Shown: positions 23,701 to 35,200 of the stretch, in pieces
Layout of the letters: every line of letters starts with the position of its first letter
Numbering within the stretch: the stretch's first letter is position 1
Assembly (NCBI GenBank): GCA_002269645.1
Contig: NIVC01002871.1
Span: forward strand, 68,901-132,900
Direction of reading: 5' to 3'
Length of the DNA: 64,000 nucleotides
Source of the DNA: Macrostomum lignano
Lineage: Eukaryota
Notes under the pieces: model-generated
Seen by the model: the letters and a program-made list of their open reading frames with translations, nothing else
Databases searched by the model: none
Told to the model about the DNA's origin: nothing
Program-made: the position numbers and the translations under genes

Positions 23701-26159
23701 ATCAACCAACCAACTAACCAATAAATCAATCAATCAATCAATCAATCGATCGATCGATCAATCAATCAAGTAGCCGATAAATCTATCAATTAATCATTCA
23801 ATCAATCAACCAACCAGTAAATAAACTAATGGAAAATCAAACAACCATATTCTAACCATATAAGTAATATCAGTGTAGACTACAATGCTCAAAAGCTAGG
23901 TTCCATTTTAAATGCAGTTTGTGGATAGGTCTAATTAAAGCATCAGACATTTAATTAGTTCCTTGCTTCAGTTCCTTGAAACTGCACTGATGGAGTGCGG
24001 CCAGCGTTGCTGTATACTGTGCCTGTGCATCCCACTTATTCAAACAAAATTCTAATCAATCAAGTTCTCTTTTTGCGTTCTTTAATCTTTTTTTTAGAAT
24101 ACACACTGAATATATAGACATTAAAGAACGCGACCTTGAAAATGCATGCACTTTAACTGTAGCACTGTTGCTTTGTCCCAACAGCATGAGACTATTTATA
24201 TATATACTTCGTAGAGATTATAAATGCGTTGTATTGCAAATTTAGATCTGCTCAAGACTATTTACTTGAATTGAGACTATTTACATTTAATTATTTTATG
24301 GATAGTTTGCTTCTTGGAAATTGAAGGCGTTGATTGGAGAGGGTTGTAGACAGTTTTTGTTTTCAGATAGCGTGGGTCGTAGGCATTTTTGGTCATAGAT
24401 AGCTTGAGCCAGAGACAGTTTATGTCATAATATAATAATATTATTTGATTAAAACCAGCCCTACTGTGTGCTGATTGCAACCGACAGCTCAGCCGCAGCT
24501 ATTGCGCGGCGCATCTGAAGGCTGCGTACGGCTGTTCAGTCCAAGGCCTGGGGGATCGCCACACATACCCTCAATTATCCCAGCTAATGCTGGCACCCAT
24601 TTTACATCTGGGTGAACTGCAGCAATGCAGAGTTAAGTTCCTTGCTCAAGGACACAAATTGTTCCGAGTGGATCGAAAATCGAACCTGCAACCTTTCAGT
24701 CGTGAGTTGTGTCATAGACAGATTGGGCCATAGACAGTTTAGCTCATAGACGGTCTACGTCGGAGAAGTTTGAGTCATAGACAGTTTATGTCATAGATAG
24801 CGTGGGTCATAGGCAGTTTGGTCATAGATAGATTAAGTCATAGAGAGTTTGCGTCCAAGACAGGTTGGGTCATAGACAATTAATTATAACTCAACTTAAT
24901 ATGACCTGAACTATATTTTAATGCACAGAGACATTAATCAATGGCCTCAAACTGTGCATGACTTAACCTGTCTATGACCCGATCTGTCTATGACACAACC
25001 TGTCTATGACACAACCTCACAACCTGTCTATGACACAAACTGGACGTATATGACACAACCTGTCTATGATACAACCTGTCTATGACACAACCTGTCTATG
25101 ATACAACCTGTCTATGATACAACCTGTCTATGACACAACCTGTCTATGATACAACCTGTCTATGACACAACCTGTCTATGACAGAACCTGTCTATGACAG
25201 AACCTGTCTATGACAGAACCTGTCTATGACAGAACCTGTCTATGACGCAACCTGTCGATGACACAACCTGTCTATGATACAACCTGTCTATGACAGAACC
25301 TGTCTATGATACAACCTGTCTATGACAGAACCTGTCTATGATACAACCTGTCTATGATACAACCTGTCTATGACACAACCTGTCTATGTCCCAACCTATG
25401 ACCCAACCTGTCTATGACACAACCTGTCTATGACCCAACCTGTCTATAACCCAAACTATTTATGACCCTACCTGTTTATGGCAAAAACTGTGTATGACTC
25501 AAACTGTTTAAGGCTTTCTTATTACGACCGTAGTACTATTTAAATCTAGCGAGACTTATACGGCGTTACACTGGGAAAATAAATTTACTTGGGAGTGAAA
25601 AGGGATTTAAAAATCCCTAATCCAGAAATAAAAAGAGCCTTAGCAGAGCATCCCAAGGAAGAATATAGCCCCCCTCCCTAAAGAGCAGCTGCAGCAAAAT
25701 AGCGTCAGATCTATAGAACTGATGAACTGATGGCGAAAATAGCACAGCTTGGCAGTGAAGGCTAGAGATGAAGGAAGGTTAGGGGAGGGAGAGAGCGCAC
25801 AAGGATAATTAGATTTTGTCGCTCGGCTCGGGCAGGCTGGGATAGCTGGGGAGGACATGAGGCCGAGGGGGAATAGGCAGGAAGACAGTGAGGGTCGTAG
25901 CAGTGTCTATACGTATATCTCTGCGCAGCTGATGATGGGGGATCAAAGCCCCTCTCTACTCTACCCAAATAGCGAATCTCAGCCTCCCTGCTAAGTCGCT
26001 GCTGCATCATCCTCCCATTCCTGTAGAATTTATACTGCTTGACTTGGCAATATAAATTATAGATAAGCAGAGCTCTCTCACCTGAATCATGTACAGCTGA
26101 GCAATCCTGTACTCTGCCACGGTGAGAGGCATGCAGATTCGGTACTCTTTCACCAGCAT
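8483..26159 (-). CDS. rdgB: Membrane-associated phosphatidylinositol transfer protein (rdgB/PITPNM/Nir type), 14 coding exons, ~1249 aa
   Basis: Exons (minus): 26159-26082, 21588-21456, 20564-20389, 18974-18576, 17863-17659, 16948(or 16954)-16266, 15921-15702, 14403-13981, 13487-13276, 13190-13005, 12002-11886, 11426-11157, 10619-10284, 8794-8483. All are GT-AG with compatible phases, total 3750 nt. Recognised motifs: [50 protein letters not shown] (PITP); DEYFDARSE (FFAT); [54 protein letters not shown] (DDHD); [38 protein letters not shown] (LNS2). Confidence 0.95.
8810..10265. repeat. Compound minisatellite: 22-bp array (8810-9540) grading into a 20-bp array (9535-10265)
   Basis: GATCTGACACTTTGATGATGCA changes to GATCTGACACTCTAAGCGGG; fills rdgB intron 13. 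Confidence 0.97.
10284..10619 (-). CDS. rdgB: rdgB exon 13 ([17 protein letters not shown]...WAGLAT)
   Basis: LNS2 core; ACG|GTGAGT donor. Confidence 0.92.
10655..11130. repeat. ~35-bp minisatellite (rdgB intron 12)
   Basis: TTATCCCATCTCAACTGGGGAGATTTCTCATGCCA. Confidence 0.95.
11157..11426 (-). CDS. rdgB: rdgB exon 12 ([14 protein letters not shown]...[19 protein letters not shown])
   Basis: Start of LNS2; AAG|GTAAGC donor. Confidence 0.92.
11505..11800. repeat. 16-bp minisatellite (rdgB intron 11)
   Basis: CTTATCTCCCATCTGG, ~18 copies. Confidence 0.96.
11886..12002 (-). CDS. rdgB: rdgB exon 11 ([39 protein letters not shown])
   Basis: ttttag|CAC acceptor, ATT|GTAAG donor. Confidence 0.92.
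13005..13190 (-). CDS. rdgB: rdgB exon 10 (MYQSASS...[15 protein letters not shown])
   Basis: ttacag|ATG acceptor, AAG|GTACTT donor. Confidence 0.85.
13276..13487 (-). CDS. rdgB: rdgB exon 9 ([18 protein letters not shown]...[19 protein letters not shown])
   Basis: Not in the ORF track; translated by hand; ccgcag|TC acceptor, TCG|GTTAGA donor. Confidence 0.9.
13981..14403 (-). CDS. rdgB: rdgB exon 8 ([12 protein letters not shown]... DDHD, polyQ/polyP)
   Basis: gggcag|CT acceptor, G|GTGAGA donor. Confidence 0.88.
14505..15445. repeat. 38-bp minisatellite (rdgB intron 7)
   Basis: CTATCAGGATAGTAGCTATACTGAGCTCCCTGCCATGT, ~24 copies. Confidence 0.97.
15702..15921 (-). CDS. rdgB: rdgB exon 7 ([17 protein letters not shown]...[20 protein letters not shown])
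   Basis: ccccag|GTG acceptor, C|GTGAGT donor. Confidence 0.92.
16140..16255. repeat. 25-bp minisatellite (rdgB intron 6)
   Basis: GAGAGTGACAGATACATGTGCATCC, ~4.5 copies. Confidence 0.9.
16266..16948 (-). CDS. rdgB: rdgB exon 6 (FFAT motif, polyP/H/Q, start of DDHD region)
   Basis: [22 protein letters not shown]; two in-phase acceptors 6 nt apart (16954/16948); donor AGG|GTGCGT. Confidence 0.85.
17225..17612. repeat. 30-bp minisatellite (rdgB intron 5)
   Basis: CCTCTGAGTAACCTCATTTGAGACACTCGT, ~13 copies. Confidence 0.96.
17659..17863 (-). CDS. rdgB: rdgB exon 5 (Ser/Ala-rich linker)
   Basis: gtccag|GCC acceptor, G|GTGAGA donor; phases fit both neighbours. Confidence 0.75.
18150..18535. repeat. 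22-bp minisatellite (rdgB intron 4)
   Basis: ACAATAAAGATCACAGAGTGAA, ~17 copies. Confidence 0.96.
18576..18974 (-). CDS. rdgB: rdgB exon 4 ([16 protein letters not shown]...EDPRLF...[18 protein letters not shown]...AAALEE)
   Basis: C-terminal half of the PITP domain; phase 0/0. Confidence 0.93.
19160..20150. repeat. 16-bp-based higher-order repeat (rdgB intron 3)
   Basis: CTGGAATGTACACTGT variants arranged in recurring blocks. Confidence 0.95.
20389..20564 (-). CDS. rdgB: rdgB exon 3 (AWFRAILPK...AENVFGLE)
   Basis: ccacag|CC acceptor, GAG|GTGAGA donor; contains WNAYPY. Confidence 0.93.
20595..21312. repeat. 31-bp minisatellite (rdgB intron 2)
   Basis: ATCAATGGCACTCCATTGACACCATGCTACT. Confidence 0.95.
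21456..21588 (-). CDS. rdgB: rdgB exon 2 ([44 protein letters not shown])
   Basis: cgcag|AAA acceptor, G|GTGAGC donor; PITP domain. Confidence 0.93.
22931..23190 (+). mobile_element. CORE-type SINE family A copy (5'-truncated head)
   Basis: High identity to the reverse complement of 47450-47755. Confidence 0.8.
23625..23830. repeat. Degenerate (AATC)n microsatellite
   Basis: AATCAATCAATC runs. Confidence 0.85.
24477..24707 (-). mobile_element. CORE-type SINE family A copy
   Basis: High identity to 47495-47725; inverted relative to 22931-23190. Confidence 0.8.
26082..26159 (-). CDS. rdgB: rdgB exon 1 ([26 protein letters not shown])
   Basis: ATG at 26159; donor CAG|GTGAGA; AG acceptor 2 nt upstream of the ATG. 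Confidence 0.93.
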
Positions 26160-26449
26160 TTCTGATGCGAATAACTGAATTCAATCAAATTAACTGTTAA
26201 ATCTATTTATAATCTATATTCTCTACCCAATGCAAGTTGCAAACTGTTCATTGCATTTCATTTGCAGCCCTGATTTGAATTAGGTGCTGAAAGTTTTTGA
26301 CAGAGTTGATGAATTGATAAGTAAAAAACATTGTCATACCCTGGTAATATTATGTGCAAGAGAGCCATGATAGCACAAAAGATAAATATAATTCAATTTT
26401 CTAACAATACCGACATAAATTACTCGTACTTAAAGTCTTGTAACTAAAA

Positions 26450-27140
26450 AGCTATCCCCAGTCCAATCCCTGAGACTGCAGCTATCCCCATTCCCATCCC
26501 TGAGACTCCAGCTATCCCCATTCCCATCCCTGATGCTGCAGTTATCCCCATTCCCATCCCTGATGCTGCAGCTATCCCCATTCCCATCCCTGAGACTGCA
26601 GCTATCCCCCATTCCCATCCCTGAGACTGCAGCTATCCCCATTCCCATCCCTGATGCCGCAGCTATCCCCATTCCCATCCCTGAGACTCCAGCTATCCCC
26701 ATTCCCATCCCTGAGACTGCAGATATCCCCATTCCCATCCCTGATGCCGCAGCTATCCCCATTCCCATCCCTGAGATTGCAGATATCCCCATTCCCATCC
26801 CTGAGACTCCAGCTATCCTCATTTCCATCCCTGATGCCGCAGCTATCCCCATTCCCATCCCTGAGACTGCAGCTATCCCCATTTCCATCCCTGAGACTCT
26901 AGCTATCCCCATTCCGATCCCTGAGACTCCAGCTATCTCCATTCCCATCCCTGAGACTGCAGATATCCCCATTCCCATCCCTGAGACTCCAGCTATTCCC
27001 ATTCCCATCCCTGAGACTGCAGATATCCCCATTCCCATCCCTGAGACTCCAGCTATCCCCATTCCCATCCTTGAGACTGCAGATATCCCCATTCCCATCC
27101 CTGAGACTCCAGCTATCCCCATTCCCATCTCTGAGACCCA
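26450..27140. repeat. 30-bp minisatellite upstream of the rdgB ATG
   Basis: GCTATCCCCATTCCCATCCCTGAGACTGCA, ~23 copies. Confidence 0.96.
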
Positions 27141-29865
27141 TCCCTACAGTTACCACATCCTGAAATTTCCATTTGCGCAAACACTTCCTAGACAGGTCGC
27201 CATGAGAAATTCAAGCCCAGGCGCAAATTCAAAAACGCCCCTGTTCACAAGTAAATTTCACAGACAGTTAATCCCCATTATGGGAAGCATAAAGTGCATA
27301 TATATGCGGATCGTGAGATAGTTACAATTGACCTCTGAAACGAGCAGCATTTCAGACTGCAACTGTCCACTTTTGAAGGTCAGTTGAACTTTTCTATTTC
27401 CACTGAGCATGTTTAGAAAAGTCCAATTAATGTGTCTACAAAACAAATGTGAAAACGGCATGTTGATGCTGTTCCTTCAACTCATAACAAGATTTATAAC
27501 CATAATTTTCAATAATCGGCCTTCAAAACGTTTTTAATGCTTCGTATTGTCTCTTAGTACTTCGAAGTAGTTGCTTGCTACTAACTTACTAAAGCTGCTT
27601 TCTGGTCTTCCCAGCTCAATTTAGTATACAAAAAGACTCGATTGTACCCTAGGGAAAAAATGGCAAAAGGGATAAAATTGTGGTAGAATCCAAGATAAAA
27701 CTGGCAAGGATAGGCATCAGCATGAGCTGAGCCAAGAGGAGAAATTAGCGCATGGGAATACGTATGGATGGAGAGGAGCGGCTGGGGGAGCAGGGGTTTA
27801 TACCACCGGGAAGAAGAGATTAAAGTCCCAGGCCAGACTCGGTGCTTGATCCCAGGATGCGAATCAACCTGACCAATGGCGAATTAGCAATTTGGCCAAG
27901 CCTTGCGCTTCCCAACCTTCCTTCCTCTCTGGCATGCTCGTCTCGCATCATATAGATTAACTTTATCGGCCGTGTGTTCGACTTTTTGTCTCGAATAAGA
28001 TGAGAAGGAGGCCGGAAAATATTCGATGGCTCTGGTGATAGCAGCTAGCCGAGAATCCGGGGTTCTTTAGGACTAGAATTAAAGTGCAGATTCTATGGTT
28101 TATCTATCCCAAGCATAAGATTGCCTAGAATGCATTCCATGTGACTTAATGGCTAGTTTTGCATGGCTAAAACTGCCTGCTAGAACTAGTTCCAGATGAC
28201 AATCAGTTTTTGGTAGCCTTGTATTATTTCTGGCTTTTACCAAGAGGCAAATAGAATAATAGAATTGATATTCAATATCAATATGCAATATATTTTTACA
28301 GATCAATATAATAGCATTGGATTTAAAAATGGTTTTTAATTAATTTTCATTGGCTAATAAACAAAAATAGGAGTTCATAGTGAAATGTTAAAACCCTCCC
28401 AAATTTATGCTGAGATAATTTCACATAACAAATGAATGAATTCAACAACTGCATGTGAATATTTTTATAAAGTATATTTTTAATTTAAGTCTCCATCATT
28501 TATAATAACATATTTTTTGCAAAAATATTAAATTATAATATTTTACAAAACATATACAAGTCTCCAGTAAGAGCTGCCTACTGTTCGAAATATTAGCAGT
28601 TTAAAAGCTTGTATATTTATAAAGACTTATAAGAATTATAAACATGGCTTAGGTAGACACTAAACATACAAATACTTAATATAACAAGAGTTCCTCTAAA
28701 AAGCACTTTTTTCATTTGAAAGACAAGTAAGTTTGACTTTTTATTTCTCTTTTAAGAAATTCAATCTTACTACCGAGTGTAGGTGTCAAAAGCATATCAT
28801 CTTTTATATTATGTACTACTTTGTTTCACGCTTGAACAAAAAAGCTAAGCTATTAAATGACATCTTTTGGTAAAATTTTATTTCATTCATGAGCTAAAAA
28901 ATCTAGTCAAAAAGTTAGGTTGCAGTGATTAGACAAATAGCGAATATGTGTCTAGCTTTGAGTTATCGTTTTTTATGTTCTAGCAGAACAGATAGACACT
29001 GTTAAACTTAATTCTGTCTGTTGTTGACTTTTGAGCGCGATAAATAAAAAATTATTTCATATAATGAAGAAAGTTCAAACTACAAATCTTTACGCCAAAC
29101 GCAATTAAACAAAGAAATTGGCTTCGCAAAAGTAAGTAGCTACTTTGTGTGGTTTAATTTTTTGAAGTTTTTATTAGGGACTTAGGAAAAAAATTTAAAA
29201 TGATAATAAAATCAGCTTTGTCATTAGATTCCAGTTTTGCCGGAACCGAACCGGATTAATGAAAAAGCCAAGAGAAAAAATGACGATTCTAGCCAGGCTT
29301 ACTGCTTGACAAGGTTTTCAATGTGTAGAAAGCAGTCAGCCAGTTTCAGCTTTTTTCAGTTTTAGTGCACACAGCAATTTTGTCAATCTGAACTTGCTTA
29401 TATTTATAAATTTTCTACTTGAGTTGGCCACAATATTAGGCCCCCAGCCACCCCCTAGCCTATAGTAGGCCTGCCCCTATATAATGCCAATTGTAGTGAT
29501 ACAGATAGGCCTAAGTGAGTGGGTTAGGGTTATTGAGTGGATTAGTGAGTGGGTTAGGCCTAGTTAACTAATTTGGCCTAAAATAAGATAGGCCTATTTA
29601 ATATTAGGATACCAAGTCCAAAATTCCATAATAAATATAATTTTTTTTCATAGGCCTAGGCCTAACTGCCATTTTTATCTTTCTTTCTTGACTAGGCCTG
29701 ATTTTCAAAAGGCCTAAGGTGAATGTGTCTTTTTTTAGCCAAATAGGCCTAAGCCTAAGATTTATCAAATGACAAAAAAAAAAAAAGAAAAAAATAACTT
29801 TTAAAATTTCATTGGACTTAGGCCTAGACAAAAGTTGGATAAACTCATACTTAGGCGCAACCCAC

Positions 29866-30020
29866 AACCTAGGGATTTACCCAGCCATTTCTATTTGCAA
29901 CACACGCATGTAAATCACTATTGGACAGAAAAGTAATCAGCTGACTGCTCTTAGCCAATAGTGACTTACATGTGTCGTGTGTGTGTTGCCAATTGAAATG
30001 GCTGGGTAAATCCCTAGGTT
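29866..30020. mobile_element. MITE-like near-perfect palindrome (155 bp), with a partial extra arm at 30030-30100
   Basis: AACCTAGGGATTTACCCAGCCATTTC...GAAATGGCTGGGTAAATCCCTAGGTT plus inner pairing CATGTAAATCACTATTGG / CCAATAGTGACTTACATG. Confidence 0.7.
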
Positions 30021-30261
30021 CACCAACAGAAAATTAGTCAGCTGATTGCTCTCAGCCAATAGTGACTTACATGTGTGTGTTGCCAATAGAAATGGCTAAA
30101 TGATTCCCAAGCCCCAAGGTTATGCATGTATAGGTAAACCTAAACTAATTTAATTAGATATTAAAAGAACATAATAGAAAAGTTTGAAATTTTGATATAA
30201 ATATAGGTAGGCCATATATATATGTATAGCTAGGTCATTGGGGTCTATGAGAGTTTCTTAT

Positions 30262-31457
30262 AGATAAATTGCCTACTGAGATTTGCTTGTAAGAGATTTG
30301 AATACTAAGCTTTTCTTGACAAGATTTTCTTGTCTAGGCCTATGAACAAATTGCCTACTAAGTTTTTGGCAATCCTTTGGTTGGTTTCCCATTCTAAATT
30401 ATTTAAACCCTATACCAATGGGCGGCCTACAATATGTTGGCCAACTATCTGACAGTCAACCATTTGCTGTATTTCCGAGACCCCAACAACCTAGTGGCTT
30501 GTAAGAATATTATAGAGGGAATGTGGGGCAACTGCAAAGCCAAGTTTCAAGCTATACATGGAACCAGCAATAATTTGTTTGAAATGTACTTGCAAGAGTT
30601 CATGTGGCACCAAGCTTTCCTTCATTAGCACTTTGGCAATATCCTCTACTAGAAATAACTAGATAATATACTACTACCTTATATAAAACTCTGTGAACTC
30701 TTGCAAGAACTCTGTGAGCTTGTTGGACTCTGAAAAGTTCAAAAAAAGGTTTAAATAATTTAGAGTAGGTAACCAAAGGATCACCAGTTTTTTGTCAAGG
30801 ACAAGGTTTCTTGCAAGGTTTGCACTTGCCACTTGGTAGGCCTATTTAGTTATATGTAATTATATATGCATAGATACATTAGTCAGCTATTAATTCATGA
30901 ATATGCTATGTTGCTTTGTTTTCCAAATCTCTTTATTTAGACTTAGGCTTATATACATACATGCGCAACTGCTGGCCAACCTGGCCAATCTGGCCACTAT
31001 AAATTGTGGTGGATTAGGGGTAAGTTGCAAAAATGCCCAGCCTAAAGAATACAGACTTAGTACTAATTAGATGACGAGGCATTTAGCCCTTATAAGACAG
31101 TCATAGTTACTCCTGCCGTTTACCCAAAATTGCGTTAGGGTTTCTTTTACAGGTAAGTCGCATGGCCAGTGTAAATCAGGGGGGGGGGGTTGCGCATGTA
31201 TGCCTATATATATAAGACTAACTTATTAAATAGCATTGGGGGGGTAATGCAGATTGAATCCAGCTACTGCATGGCTAAATGCACTGTTGGAAAATATGCA
31301 TTCTGGACAAAAATTGGCAAAAAATCTTAATGAATAATTTGCTCATAGGCAAATCTTGATAGGCAATTTGCTTATAGGCAAAATATACTATAGACAATTC
31401 TTGTTAGGAAAATCTTGGTAGGCAAATCTTGGTAGACAAATCTCAGTAAGCATTTTT
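30262..31457. mobile_element. Degenerate foldback element enclosing the transposase fragment
   Basis: Left arm TTGCCTACTGAGATTTG repeats (30262-30380) are inverted to right arm CAAATCTTGGTAGGCAA/CAAATCTCAGTAAGCA repeats (31310-31457). Confidence 0.5.
30434..30660 (+). pseudogene. Decayed ISXO2/IS1595-like (Merlin) DDE transposase C-terminal fragment
   Basis: YLTVNHLLYFRDPNN...KNIIEGMWGNCKAKFQAIHGTSNNLFEMYLQEFMW matches the recalled family pattern H.TVNHS..F.DP.TG.HT..IE..W...K....G.....L..YL.EF.W; in-frame stops follow. Confidence 0.65.
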
Positions 31458-32019
31458 TGTGGGTAATTCATTAAGCTAGGCCCTTAGTGGCTTATAGCAA
31501 ATCAACCTTTCTTTTGCTTGCTATATGCTTTATGTTAGGGTTTTAGTAGTAGGCCTACAACACTTCAAATTATTATTTTTGCCTCTTTGCACTGTCATTA
31601 TAATTTTTATGCAATGTAGGCTAAAGTCTTCTTATATGGTTTTAAATTTAAAGGGATATAGAATAGTGTTGGCAAAATGGTATGAAGTAAATATACTAAT
31701 AATATAATAGGCCTACTTATAAAAGCTAGGCCTAAAAACCTTTGTTTTAATATCAAGTGTCTAGAATATATGCATAAGGCTCTATTTAGTCTTGTATAAC
31801 AATTTCTATGTAGGCATGAGCAATAATTTTAATACCTGCTTTTGTGTCAATTTCCTTTAAATTTGTAGCTTAAACTTACTTTAAATCAGAATAATTAAAA
31901 TATAAAATGACCCTAATGCATGCAGCAATTCAAAAGCTCAATTCTATTGAGCAATTTTGTGCAAAGAAATTTTGCAAGGCTTTCTCCCTTAGCAAAAACA
32001 AGTTTACAAAACCAAAGCC

Positions 32020-32297
32020 ATGGCTGAAGCTCACCAAGCAGTTGTGTTTGCTTTCAACATCACTGACCAGGGCATCCAGTTTGAATTTGACAAAGACGCC
32101 CTCCACCAGGTATGGCGGTCGGGAGTTCGCGCCTACAAGAAGCGCTATGCTGGCTTTAAGAATCGGCTGAGAAACGGCATCTACCCGGCTAAACCGGGCA
32201 GCCTGCTCACCACCATGCTGGTCATGATTTTGGCCACCATGTTTGGCAATGACCTGTCACTTGGCTATGTCAAACTGCTCAATCCCGTTGTGGTCAA
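32020..32297 (+). CDS. CPT1: CPT1 exon 1
   Basis: [12 protein letters not shown]...; AA|GTGAGT donor. Confidence 0.93.
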
Positions 32298-35200
32298 GTG
32301 AGTCGTCATGCCAATAAATGCATTTCAGTCTTTGAAATTTCACTATGTAGGACTTTCTTCCCTATCCCAGAGTTCACTCTCCGATCGGCATCGAGACTCA
32401 CCCTCCTCATTCTAGAGAGTCACTCTCCAGTCGCATCCTCATTCTAGAGAGTCACTCTCCAGTCGCATCCTCATTCTAGAGAGTCACTCTCCAGTCGCAT
32501 CCTCATTCTAGAGAGTCACTCTCCAGTCGCATCCTCATTCTAGAGAGTCACTCTGCAGTCACATCCTCATTCTAGAGAGTCACTCTGCAGTCACATCCTC
32601 ATTCTAGAGAGTCACTCTCCAGTCGCATCCTCATTCTAGAGATTCTCTCTGCAGTCACATCCTCATTCTAGAGATTCACTCTGCTGCAGTCACATCCTCA
32701 TTCTAGAGAGTCACTCTCCAGTCGCATCCTCATTCTAGAGATTCACTCTGCAGTCACATCCTCATTCTAGAGATTCACTCTGCAGTCACATCCTCATTCT
32801 AGAGAGTCACTCTGCAGTCACATCCTCATTCTAGAGAGTCACTCTCCAGTCGCATCCTCATTATAGAGATTCTCTCTGCAGTCACATCCTCATTCTAGAG
32901 ATTCACTCTGCTGCAGTCACATCCTCATTCTAGAGAGTCACTCTCCAGTCGCATCCTCATTCTAGAGATTCTCTCTGCAGTCACATCCTCATTCTAGAGA
33001 TTCACTCTGCTGCAGTCACATCCTCATTCTAGAGAGTCACTCTCCAGTCGCATCCTCATTCTAGAGATTCACTCTGCAGTCACATCCTCATTCTAGAGAT
33101 TCACTCTGCAGTCACATCCTCATTCTAGAGAGTCACTCTGCAGTCACATCCTCATTCTAGAGAGTCACTCTCCAGTCGCATCCTCATTATAGAGATTCTC
33201 TCTGCAGTCACATCCTCATTCTAGAGATTCACTCTGCTGCAGTCACATCCTCATTCTAGAGAGTCACTCTCCAGTCGCATCCTCATTCTAGAGATTCACT
33301 CTGCAGTCACATCCTCATTCTAGAGATTCACTCTCGAGTCATTCTCATTATAGAGATTGTCAGTGACCCCCACAATCCCACTTTCCTATCTAAGGTACCT
33401 GGGTGTTGTTCCGCCGCACGACACCTATGTCTCCTGCGCACTAATCGCTTGCGGTCTTTGGCTGAGCGCTATACTGCTGTACAAGCAGCTGATTGGCTGC
33501 CTGCTAGCCTATCACGGCTGGATGTACGAAGCCCACGGCCGCAGCATATCCTGGCGCACCAAAGTGTGGTCAGTGCTAGTTAAGCTGCTAGTCTCGTGCA
33601 AGCGGGCCGGCCTGTATTCGTTCCAGGGCGCACTGCCGCGCCTGCCTGTGCCTAATGTTGACGATACAATCCGGCGCTACCTGGTCTCTATGGAACCGTT
33701 GCTAAGCGACGATCAGATGGCCGAGATGCGTCAATTAGCTGACGAATTTAAATCTAAGGGCACCGCCAAGAAATTGCAATTCTATCTGCGACTGAAGTCT
33801 TGGTGGGCGCCTAACTATGTCAGCGATTGGTGGGAGGAGTTTGTCTACCTGTACAGCCGGGATCCCATTATGGTGAGCGCCCATCTCCACAGTAGCAGTT
33901 CAATCCAATTATTTTATTACTCCCCAAGCCAAATGGTGTAAAATACTCTCGCCATGCTACTAAAACTAAGTAGTCTTATTAAGTAGCTTCGTGCTGAGTT
34001 TATGCGTTCAGAATCGCTTAATTTGTTCCGTGCAGATTCCTTGAGCAACTGGGAGTTATAAATTATTAAATTAGGAAGTTCAGAATGAAAATAAAATGCC
34101 AACATCTCTATCTAGCCCGTATAAAAGTGGGAAGTCACATTTTGACTATGTGACCGTTTTGTGACCCTTAAACGACGATCACTCGTGCGACTGTCAATGT
34201 GACCCTCGGGTGTGGTTCGTAAGCCTCTCTGACCCACATGAGTTTCAAAAGGCTACGCAGATTTCATGTTAACAGATTACTCAAATTTGACAACTAATAG
34301 ACAGCCAAAGTCGCAATAATTCCAATAATTGTGACATTTCATTGCACAAAAAAACATTGTTTAGTCCTAACGGTAGGGGAACAAACATCCGGGTTCGCGC
34401 TTGGCCAAGGGGACTTATCGTACGATTCACGTCCATGACTCCTGAGAGCCGACACCCCAGACACCAAAGGCGCAGTCTGCACATGCCTGTCAATGAGAAA
34501 GTCGGGCCTTGTCCGCTGTCCCTCTAGTAACCATAGTAACCATAGTAACCAACTAGAAATGTATAAGTAGCGCAGGCCCCGTGTATCTTAATTGAGTTTT
34601 CTTCTCAACAAAACATAAATTAGTCGCCACCTCCTTCAACGCTGGCCAGGTGAACTCCAACTATTACGGCATCGATGCCATATTTGTTCGGCCAACCCGA
34701 GTGCAAGCGGCCAGGGCTGCCAACGTGTCCTGGTCTATGCTGCAGTATTGGCGCAAGCTGAGCCGCGAGGAAGTCAAGCCGCTTAGCATTAACGATACTG
34801 TGCCATTGTGCAGCTGGCAATACGAGAGACTGTTTGCTACAACTAGAATACCCGGCGATGAACGCGACCGGATTATGCACCTGAACGATGCTAAGCATAT
34901 TGCTGTGTACCACGCGGGCAGGTACTTCAAGGTAAAGCTGGAACATAACATGAAATATTAACTAGTATTTTGCCTATATTGTTAGCAAAATTTTATCCCC
35001 TAATAAATTCCTATTTCTGTTTAAGACGGGGTATCCGACTCTAGCACTAAAGTACATCAGTTCAATATTAGATTCCCTGCACGACCGGCTTATTGCTGGC
35101 CCAAGGATTGTCTTGCAAATCACACCTATGCCTGTCTGTCTGTCTTAGTGTCTGTCTGTCTGTCTTAGTGTCTCTGTCTGTCTGTCTTAGTGTCTCTCTA

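Larger units (their letters stand above)
22715..25500. repeat. Inverted GGGTCATAGACAG / CTGTCTATGAC repeat system (foldback-like), including a 16-bp array at 24960-25480
   Basis: Degenerate plus-orientation units at 22715-22925, 23200-23250, 24345-24425 and 24705-24880; reverse-orientation ACAACCTGTCTATGAC array at 24960-25480. Confidence 0.75.
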
